Notes under the pieces: generated by a model
Database searches by the model: none
Told to the model about the DNA's origin: nothing
Seen by the model: the letters and a program-made list of their open reading frames with translations, nothing else
Position numbers and translations under genes: made by a program
Shown here: positions 7,911-16,700 of the stretch, in pieces
Layout of the letters: every line of letters begins with the position of its first letter
Position numbering within the stretch: position 1 is the first letter of the stretch
Origin: a virus
Taxonomy: Duplodnaviria > Caudoviricetes
Length of the DNA stretch: 40,293 nt
Strand: one strand, 5' to 3'
Virus record (IMG/VR): IMGVR_UViG_3300044707_000286
Span: 1 to 40,293 of that record

Positions 7911-8030
7911 GACGGTGAAGATTCCTATCCGAGGTTACTAAAACCACACAAGAATTATTTTTCAATGAGGTGATCACCCACCATAAAAAAACACTTGACT
8001 TCCGCTTGTAGACTGGATTTGCGGGCGAAA

Positions 8031-8222
8031 TTATTTTTTCGGGACTCGCGTTTTCTTTGCCTTGTTCTCCATCACGCGAGCAATGACTTTTTCGCGATTC
8101 CGCTGATACCAATCAGCCTTGCGATCCTTCTCCGCCTCCTTGAATTTTTCGTCCGTTCGGTAGCGATCCGCATACTGCTTCGCCATGAATTTCCGCTGCC
8201 TTTTTTTGTTCGCGTAAGGCAT
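8031..8222 (-). CDS. Small basic hypothetical protein
   Basis: 63-aa K/R-rich ORF starting 3 nt after the integrase stop. Confidence 0.6.
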   Translation of the reverse strand: MPYANKKRQRKFMAKQYADRYRTDEKFKEAEKDRKADWYQRNREKVIARVMENKAKKTRVPKK

Positions 8223-8225
8223 AGG

Positions 8226-9224
8226 TCAAATCCTCCAGAACGCCTTCCAATCGGCACGAACGGCGGGAACCGCATAGACTCGCTGCACCATCGCAGGCGA
8301 GGTGTGGCCCATCTGGTAAGCAGTCAAACCGGCGTTGCCGCAGCGCCCCAAGTGATAAGTCGCGAACGAATGCCGCAGCGCATTCTCTGGCCATCCCTCC
8401 CAGCCAAGCCCCAGCGCCACTCGCCGCCGAGCCTCATGCAACGCCTCCAGCGATCCTTTCACGATCACGCCTTTCTTCCCCTTGAAAAACTCACGCCGCT
8501 TCACCAGCGGTTCGGTCATGTCCACGACCCGCTCCAGCATCCCCGTGGTCTGTTTGCTGACCTCGGGCCGGACATGGATTTGCTTGGATTTGAAATCCAC
8601 ATCCTCCCAATTCATCCGCGCCACCTCGATGGTCCGCAGGCCCGCGAATGCGCCCAGCAGCACCAGCGCCTTCACATCATCCTGCATCGGTGCTTTGAGC
8701 AGTTCCTTCATTTGCGCGGGCGTGAGAATGTTTCGCGCCGGGGTCGCTCGCGGAGACCGCATCCCATCGACCGGCGACCGCTCGATGAACCGCATCCTCG
8801 CAGCCCACCGAAAAAACATCCGAGCATAACGAAACCACATCGCCCGGGTGGTCGGTGAATCCGAGGTCTGGTTTAACCACCGAGTCAAAGCCACCGGCTC
8901 AATCGCCGCGACCGGACCAGCCCAGCGGGCATTGAGTTCCTTGCACAGCATCTCGACCTTCGCGAAATGCGACTTCGATTTCGTCGCATTCTCCGCCGCA
9001 AACATCCGGGTCGCCGCAGCCACGGAAATGCCGCCCTCATCTTTGAGTCCTCGCGTTCCCTTGTCTCGGATGACTTCGACCATGCGCTCGCCTTCCTCGT
9101 ATGCCTCCGCCTCGGTCGGAAAAAAACGGCGAATTTTTTCTCCAGCGAACGAAGATTTGATCTCCAGCTTCCACGGCGAGCGCGGGCGAGCGGGGTAGGG
9201 GCGAACGATGTAGTGTTGGTTCAT
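8226..9224 (-). CDS. int: Tyrosine integrase
   Basis: AGLRTIE (R), SK, NALRHSFATY, QMGHTS and catalytic Y in QRVYA; adjacent to a tRNA fragment. Start placed at ATG 9224 (MNQHY). Confidence 0.92.
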   Translation of the reverse strand: MNQHYIVRPYPARPRSPWKLEIKSSFAGEKIRRFFPTEAEAYEEGERMVEVIRDKGTRGLKDEGGISVAAATRMFAAENATKSKSHFAKVEMLCKELNARWAGPVAAIEPVALTRWLNQTSDSPTTRAMWFRYARMFFRWAARMRFIERSPVDGMRSPRATPARNILTPAQMKELLKAPMQDDVKALVLLGAFAGLRTIEVARMNWEDVDFKSKQIHVRPEVSKQTTGMLERVVDMTEPLVKRREFFKGKKGVIVKGSLEALHEARRRVALGLGWEGWPENALRHSFATYHLGRCGNAGLTAYQMGHTSPAMVQRVYAVPAVRADWKAFWRI

Positions 9225-9233
9225 GTTGGCGCT

Positions 9234-9471
9234 TGTTGTCCGTGTTGTCCAAAAACTGCACTTGGACACCAACAACACTCCACGACAATCAACAGAAAGC
9301 AACAACAAAGAAAACCCCGCAGATTCAGTCTAGAAGAGGCTCCAGAGGCTTTACTGGAGTGGCGGAAGGGGAGGGATTTGAACCCTCGGCAGGTTGCCCT
9401 GCGTTCGATTTCGAGTCGAGAAACTAGGACTGCCAATCAACGCTTTGCACAAGCGTTGTCCGTTGTTGTCC
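9234..9471 (+). repeat. Integrase arm-type sites, paired (T/C)GTTGTCC repeats flanking the core
   Basis: Copies at 9234-9241, 9243-9250, 9454-9461 and 9464-9471. Confidence 0.6.
9360..9419 (-). other. attP core: 3' part of tRNA-Ser(CGA)
   Basis: Minus strand reads TCGA-CTCGAAA-TCGA, long variable arm GCAGG-GCAA-CCTGC, T-arm GAGGG-TTCAAAT-CCCTC, then CCCTTCC-G-CCA. No 5' half is present. Confidence 0.88.
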
Positions 9472-9983
9472 TAAACGACAGGTCGGATGCGGATGAAATT
9501 CCGGGCAATGCTCTTGCTGCGGGTTTTGCGCCACACACCGTCCCCGGACTCGGAGTCGCGGTCACCTCGCCCATTGGTGTTGCCCTCGATGGTGACGATC
9601 TGTGATCCGCTTTCGGACTCCACGATTCCGACATGGGAGAAATCAAAAACGACGATGTCCCCCGGGCGGGCCATGTCTCGGTCGTGGAGGATCACCGTGG
9701 TCTTCGGGCGGGATCGCGCCCATCCGAGGAACCCGTAGGCGAGGGCGGTCTTTGGTCGCCACTCCTCGGGTGTTTTACTTTGCAGGTTGAGCCATGCGGT
9801 GACCTCGGGAGTCATTAGCCACTCACGGATGCACCAATCGACAAAAGCCGCGCACCACGGCCATGCGGACGGGGTGAGGTCGGTTGCCTCTTGGTAGTCG
9901 CGGATTCGTTCACCGTTGTTGTTTCCGCCGACTTCGCGGACCCCGACTTCGCGGGCAGCAATCTCGGCGAGGAATTTGGTCAT
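9471..9983 (-). CDS. Endolysin, CHAP/amidase-type
   Basis: EVGVRE, PWCAAFV, PGDIVVF, SHVGIV, TIEGNT. Confidence 0.85.
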   Translation of the reverse strand: MTKFLAEIAAREVGVREVGGNNNGERIRDYQEATDLTPSAWPWCAAFVDWCIREWLMTPEVTAWLNLQSKTPEEWRPKTALAYGFLGWARSRPKTTVILHDRDMARPGDIVVFDFSHVGIVESESGSQIVTIEGNTNGRGDRDSESGDGVWRKTRSKSIARNFIRIRPVV

Positions 9984-10225
9984 TTGTCGCGAATGGTTCG
10001 GCTATTCAAAAACTCGTTCCACGCGAAATCCTGTGCGGCGGTCGTTGGCGCTGCGGTGCTGGCGGGGACATAGCGGACATCGACTTTGACATCGAGCTTG
10101 CCGAGTTCGCCGACCCGGTCACCGAATGGTGGAACCGGAATGCTCACGCATGAGGTGAGAAAAGCGAGGGCGAGGAAAATCCAGCCCAGCATGACCATCG
10201 CAGCGGCGATCCGGCCCGGAGTCAT
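9980..10225 (-). CDS. Lipoprotein (spanin-like lysis accessory)
   Basis: Hydrophobic signal followed by lipobox FLTSC; located in the lysis cassette. Confidence 0.55.
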   Translation of the reverse strand: MTPGRIAAAMVMLGWIFLALAFLTSCVSIPVPPFGDRVGELGKLDVKVDVRYVPASTAAPTTAAQDFAWNEFLNSRTIRDK

Positions 10226-10401
10226 TTTTTCTCTTTGCGAAGGAAATTTACCAAGCCGACGAGGCCCAGCCCCAGCGCGACGATATGGTTCTGGAGAGCC
10301 GGTTCGACGGAAATCCCAAGACTGGTTAAAATTAAAATACCGCCCCTCCAAGTTGAGTTCTCCGAGGCGCGGGCGAGCAGGTAATCGAGTGTGTTTTTCA
10401 T
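10222..10401 (-). CDS. Holin (59 aa, not in the ORF track)
   Basis: MKNTLDYLLARASENSTWRGGILILTSLGISVEPALQNHIVALGLGLVGLVNFLRKEKK has two TM segments, an E.STWRG motif and a basic C-terminus; ATGA-coupled on both sides. Confidence 0.7.
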   Translation of the reverse strand: MKNTLDYLLARASENSTWRGGILILTSLGISVEPALQNHIVALGLGLVGLVNFLRKEKK

Positions 10402-10691
10402 GGTTGATGATCTAACTTGCGCTCCACTCGTTCCATGATGGCCGAATTTTGCGCGATGGTTTTTGCGGAGGTCGCGACGACCTCCAGCATTTCTTTGTTG
10501 GCTTGCTTGAGGTGGGCCACAAATTCAGCGGACTGCTCGTCCATGCGTGTTCTCAACTGGTCGATTTGTCGGATGAGGTAGCGGAACAAGACCCATGCAA
10601 ACGCGAGGCAGATAAGGAGGAGACAAACGAATAACCATCGGTCATTTTGCGCCGAAGCATGATTGGCAAGGGACAGGAGGTCGTCGGTCAT
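10398..10691 (-). CDS. Membrane-anchored coiled-coil protein (holin/antiholin-like)
   Basis: One TM segment followed by a coiled coil; first gene of the lysis cassette. Confidence 0.6.
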   Translation of the reverse strand: MTDDLLSLANHASAQNDRWLFVCLLLICLAFAWVLFRYLIRQIDQLRTRMDEQSAEFVAHLKQANKEMLEVVATSAKTIAQNSAIMERVERKLDHQP

Positions 10692-10734
10692 GGAATCGCG
10701 GGTATGGTATCAGTCAAAACTCTGTAGTCAAAAA

Positions 10735-13700
10735 TCAGTCTTCGGTGACTGCATCGACGGCAGAGTCGCCGAGGTTGAATAGGTCTTTTGCAAGGTGAGT
10801 GATTGAGGCTGCGGCTGCGATATTTGGGTGAGCAATACCCATCGCAGAGACGATCATGTCTATGTCTCGCATGACATCGCGCATCTCAAAATCTCCGGAC
10901 AGGTATTCGGGGATGCGCTTCACAGGGTTGATTGCGCGATCCACATCGAACATCGATCCGGTTGGCTTGTATTCTCCGAATGCTGCATAGATGGCATTCT
11001 GCGCGGTCGAGCCGAGGACCGGGAACCCGTAGAGTGGCTCGGTGGCGACTGCTAGGGCGATGCGCTTTGGCGACCAGTATTTGTCATCGAAGAGTTCGTC
11101 GTCCTCGTCATCGAGAATGTCTCTCCAGATGGATCGCAGGATAGAAGATGCAATGGAGTTAAGTGCCACGACATAGGCGAGCGTCCTCATCCTTGTTGCC
11201 AGCGGGCGCTCGGCGAAGGAATAGGCGACCAGAGCAAGGTTCTTGCGAGCTTCCGAGGCAAATGCCCATCCGGCGCGGGCCAGCGGGTTGGTGGATGTGT
11301 TCTCGTAGAGGCTCCGCGCCCCGGGGCGTGTCGGCTGGGCAATCCGGTCGGTGACCCGCTCGGCGATGTTCCGCGCATAGGATTCCGCTTCCGCGCCGGT
11401 CAAGCCAAGTTCCTGCGCTTTGGTGAGGTGGTAGTCGTAGGTGATCGCATAGGTGCCTGCGGTGAATAACCCGTCCGCCCCGGAGAGCAGATTGCCAAGG
11501 CGCTTGCCTGCTTGCTGGATTGCGGTGGGCTTCGCGCCCTTGAGTCCCTGCATGGCCATCTGCACGACCGGCGGCATCTGCGCGATCCGGCGCTGGATGT
11601 ATGGCGAGTTGAGCGCAGCGTCCCACCCGAGTTGCCCTGTCAGCAGTTTTCCCATGCGCTTGAGGTATGCCTTGACCGGCATCTCGGCGACTGCCGCTCC
11701 AAGTTGAGTGGACTGCACCAGCAAGGTCGATGCGCGACCGATAAGGGCGACCTGCGAAGCACGGCCAAGCACATTGCTGATGCCTTGGTTGAGCGCCAGA
11801 TGCGCCCCGGCATCGCGAGTTCCGCCTTGGGCAAAGTAATCGAGCCATGCGTTGAGAATCTTCCGCGCCTCGGCCCCGCCTTTTTCCTCGACCGAGTTTT
11901 GCACATCACGATTCCGCAGGACCGCATTCGCCTCGGCGATGTATGGGGCAAAGGCTTTCCAATGCTCCATCTGGAGCGTGTGCGCGATGTATGTTTGCAG
12001 CACATCTTGGAAGCGAGGTTCCGCGATGGCGGTTCCGCGAGTGCGTAGCGCCCCGGGGGATGTGCTGGCCCCAGACATGGCCGACCCGCTGACCGGGTCG
12101 AGAACCTGCCCGGTCGGAGCGGAAATCGGTTGAACGGTAACCGGCGAGTAGTTGCGAATCTGTGGGAGGTTGACTCCGTTGAGTTCGGCATAGACGGCGT
12201 TGATGTTGCCGTATTCGTCGGCGTATTGCTTGAGCAACCAATCCCGCAATTGCAGCGCCTCGGGCGAGAGGTTCGCCATGATCTCATCCACGAAATCTTG
12301 GTCGTAGTTCCAAGCGCCGGTCGGGTTGCCGGTCTCATCGAGTTCGCCGGTCATGTGCCTGCGCCCATCCTCTTGCTCCCACATCATCACGGCGGACAGA
12401 CCTTCCAGTTCTGACAACTTGATGCCCTGCACCTCCATGCTGGGTTGCGCGAGGTTGTAGCGGAGTTGCTCGCCCGCAAGCAAGTTGCCCCCGGCGAGGT
12501 TGGTGAAGTAATCCTCCAGCGCCTGCATCTTTGCTTGCTGCCCGTCCTCTTTCGCATTTTCCGCAGCCCGCTGGCGGTCGATGAGCGTGTTTGCGGTCTC
12601 GCTATTTTCTCCGAAAAGGATGCCTGCCACTTGGTCAAAATTAAGCAGGTTGAGGATGTAGTCCTTCCAGCTTCCTTTGAGTCCCGAGTCGGCAATCGCC
12701 TTGGATTTTCTACCAGCAAGTTGACCGGCCTTGCCGGTGGCTTGGATCGCCTCCAACCGGGCGACCTCGCGTTGCTCGCGGAGTTGGATCACTTTTTGTG
12801 CGTGTGCCGCATAAGCGCCCTCCCAAATCCTTGTCGCCTCATCCAGCGCCGATTTGCGGCGATCCGCATCGGCATTGCGCCAATCTCCGACCAATGCAAC
12901 AAGCGCGGCTTCGACCTGCGCCCGGGCTTCCTGCTCGGCGGTGAGTTCACCGCTGGCGATCTTCGCATCGAGTCCTGCAATGTGTGCGGCGACCGATACG
13001 GCATCCATTTCCACGGCGCTGCGGACCACGGTGAACAAGTCTTGAATGTCGGCTCCGATGCCTTTTGGTTTTTCTCCGGGCGCGGCTTTCTTCGGCTTGG
13101 TTCGGTCGAGCAGTTTTTTGAATGCTGCATCGTATTCCTTGCGGAGTGATTTTTCGACTTCGCGGTCAATCATCCCGATGCGTTGTTTGAAAAAGTCAGC
13201 AAGCGCCCGGTCGGCGCGGGCCGTGGCAAGGTTTTCTTTGGTCGTGTATCCGGGCGGGAGTTCGGTTTGCTGACCGGCCTGCCCGATGCTCATGCCTTGG
13301 CGCATCCATGCGGAGATAAGAGCGCCGTTCATTCCGCTGACCTCGCTGACCTTTTCGCCATCCTTGAAGACATCCATTGGCGCGATGTTCGCCAGCTTGG
13401 TGTATCCGCCCACGCGACCACGGATGTCCGGCGGGAAAACCGAGAGGATCGCGTCGAGTTCTCCGAGACCTTGCAGAAGTTGTGTGCGGCGGAATTTCGC
13501 GGTGTCTTTGTTGAGAGATTCCAGCGCCTCACGGTTGCGCTCCATAACTCCTTGGAACTTCGCCCGCGCCCGCTCGTAGACTTTGAGCCGCTCGTCCGGG
13601 CCTCGGTTCATGCCGCCGAGGGCGCGGTTCACCCGGTCGATCTCGGACTGCGAGGCGATGGAGTAGTTTACTCCTCCGTCTCTGCCTGCTCCGGTTGGTC

Positions 13701-16700
13701 GAACTCCAGAAAGTAGACCTCCTCCAGAGACATCTCGACTCCCATCTTCTTGTAAGCCGCTTGAGAGCGCTTGAGATTCTCGATTGTCGTTGGCTCCAGC
13801 CCATACTGGGCTTGGAATTCTTCCTCCGACAAGAGTGTTTCGGGCGTTGGCATCAGTTAAATCCTTCCATGTTTTTTGTGATTTCGCAAGGGTGGCTGCA
13901 TTTTTGGTTGCTGCCGGGTAGACCAGTCGGATTGCCTCCCATGTGATGGATTGCATCTGGCGTGGCAGTATTCCGCGATCCGCTGCGGCTTCGCGGTAGG
14001 CGTCGAGATAGAGATGATAGACTCCGGAGATGCCAAGCACCTCGCTGCCATTCATGCCCGATCCGAAATTGTGTCCGACCTCCGTTGCTTTGGCCCCGTA
14101 TGGCATGAGGTGCGCGGCTGCGACAGCATGGGTGTCGATGGTCGCGTCTCCGTATGGAGTGTTTGGGGCGGCGATGTTGTTGTAGAAATTCCGAACCTTG
14201 TGTTCGTTGCCAAGGTTGTCGCTGATGTTTTTCAGCGACCCGTCCTTCATTATGCGGACGGCTTTTTCGATTTCGTTGATCGACCCCCAGCCATTTTTGG
14301 CCAGAGCGCCGTCATCGTTGGTGGCCATTCCGAGCCGGTCGCCTTCCGGTGAGAGGTTCCGGTAGTTGCGTCCAAATGTTACCTGCGCCAAGACGCGAAT
14401 TCCCCACCCTTGAAGTGTTGGCGTGGCATCAAGCTGGCGAATTGTTTTTCCAATGACCTGTTCAACAATTTTCCTGCGCTTTTCTTTTTCAAGTTTATCC
14501 AGCGCCTTGTTGTATTCTCGGCGCTCGGCGGTTTGTTCCTTGGTTTCTCCGTCTACTTTTTTGCGCTTCTGTTTATCGGCTACGGTAGCCGCTTCGATGA
14601 TGCCTTCGATCTCGGCGCGGACGAGGGATTCCTCCAGCACGACATCCTGCGAGTTCGTCCAGAGTTCCATGAACTGCTCGGCCTGCGCCACATTCATGAA
14701 CCAATCCTTCTGCGGCGAGAACACGGCGATCACGCCGGACGCCTGCTCGACCGAGGCTTGGAACTGACTGCCCATTCCCTTGGCGATGCGGTTTGCCCCG
14801 TCATACCAATGGGTGGCGCGGGCGCGGAATTCCTCTGGGAAGGCGTCATGCAATGCCAGCAGGTTTTTCTTGAACCAGTTGATGAGCTTGCGGCGTTTTT
14901 TCTTGGGGTCTTTTTCCGAGAGGATGTTTTTCGGAAGGTGCGCGTAGTTCATCTTCTCCATCTGCTTGGCAAGGAGATCGTCTGGAACATTGTCGCCGGA
15001 GACATTGGAATCCTGCGGCGTGTTTTTGGGAACTTTAGATGTGCCGAGCTTGGCTGTTCCTACGCGAGACGCATCGTCTTTGTCGCTGACTTGGCTGATG
15101 GCATTGCGAGCGATGCCGATGCTGTAGTTGATATTCGCCGAGGTCGGGTCGAAGGTGCCACGGTTGCCGGTGGCGGATTTGACCTGCGTTTCGTTGAATG
15201 GAATCCAGACTTCGTGCTGCACTCCGCCATTTTTCCCGCCGGTATCCTTGATGCCATCGTATCCGAGGGACGACAGAGTTTCTGTGACCCAATCGGGGAT
15301 GCGCGTCCACGCATGGGTCGTTCCTTTCGCCATGTCCTCTTTCAGCGCGGCCATCCAATCGTTCCCGCTGATGGTGTTTTTATCCCATGCGTCCGGGTTG
15401 CCTCCTGCGGATTGCTTGGCCCGCTTGCGCTTGCCTGCTTGTTCCAAGGCCGAGACGACATCGCCGGGGATGTTTGCCGTATCAAGCGGGTTTTTGATCG
15501 AAAGATAGACCGGGTAGACTGCCGAGCGGGCGGCGTTGGGATCATCGAGCGTGGCCCCTTTCACGCCTGCCGCTTGCAGGACTTCCAAAAACCTTTCCTC
15601 TTGGTTGAAAAGCGATCCGCTGGATAGCCACATCTCGACCAAGGCCCGGAGACCGTTCCCCCGGGCTTGGCGCAATTCGTAGTCGATGCTGTCGCGGGGC
15701 ATGATGCTTTGCGAATCCGCGACAATTGGGCCTTCGCCAGCATCCCAGTCGGAATAGCCAATCGTGTAGATGCGTTCGTTTACAGCAGCCCGCTCCTCGG
15801 GAGAAAGGTTCCACCATGCGCGGTCGATAGCGACCGGCGAGCGCATCCCCTTGCCCTTGTATTTGAACCACTCGGCGTAGTCCGATGGCATCTCCGCAGA
15901 GGTGTCTCGTTTGTTCGTTGAGTAGGACGAGGCAATGGCCGGGTCGTTTGTGAAAAAAGCCATCGGCCCGGAAGTGGCGCGGGATTTACGGAAACGGTCT
16001 CCTACGCGATCCGCCCTTTGTGTGCCGTGGTAAACCACCATCGGCTTGCCATCGGAATCGACCACCTTGGATTCTCCGAACCATCCTTTGAACTGCGGTG
16101 TCCCAATGCTATAGTTGGTATCAGTCGAAACAGGTTGAGCGAGAGCTTCCGATGCGGGGATGCGGTTGCCGTTCTCCTCGGTGATCTTGATGAGGTTTTC
16201 GTCGAAGACCACATAGTTGTGAGTGCCTTCACCATCCGAGCGACTGCCGCCGTCGAGGTAGCGGATGCCGGGGATGCCTGCCTCGCTCAATACTTGTGAG
16301 GCTTGCTGTTGTCCCCCATTGATGTTGGAAAGCTGCGTGTAAAATTCTCCTGCTGTTTTGTCTCCATACGATCCAGTCAATGCTTTTGTGAATTCACTTT
16401 CTCGCAAGCGTTTGAAGACTAATCGTGATTGCTCAATTATTGGCTTGTCCCAGTCGAGCAGTTCTTCCGGTTCGACATCGAGTTCCACCGAGTATAGATT
16501 GCCGGTTTGTGTAGGGGTTGCGTCTTTAATTACCGACAAAACCTCGTCTACATCTTTTACATATTGCGAGTTGGATTCGACATTATCGCCTTGCGCTGCC
16601 CAAACCTTTGATTGGGATTTTGATGCCTCCAATTGTTTTACAAAACCATCCAGCGATTTTGTTTGCTTCCAAAAAGCCCGAGCTTCTTTGAGTATTTTTT

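Larger units (their letters stand above)
7525..7945. promoter_or_regulatory. Three copies of the operator-like element GGTTACTAAAACC (7525-7537, 7595-7607, 7933-7945)
   Basis: Exact 13-bp repeats with GGTT/AACC inverted ends, located just upstream of xis and of the first RHH gene. Confidence 0.7.

Noticed and set aside
9360-9419. Functional tRNA-Ser gene
   Set aside because: The 5' acceptor strand and D-arm are absent; better explained as the attP core.
10222-10401. Frameshifted holin / apparent gap in the ORF track
   Set aside because: On re-reading, TGG AGG GGC GGT is in frame; the 59-aa gene is intact and simply below the ORF length cutoff.
14410-15627. Long plus-strand ORFs (e.g. 14410-15627, 31218-32609, 36923-37927, 2724-3602, 7995-8858)
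   Set aside because: Antisense shadows of GC-rich minus-strand genes, with no recognisable motifs.
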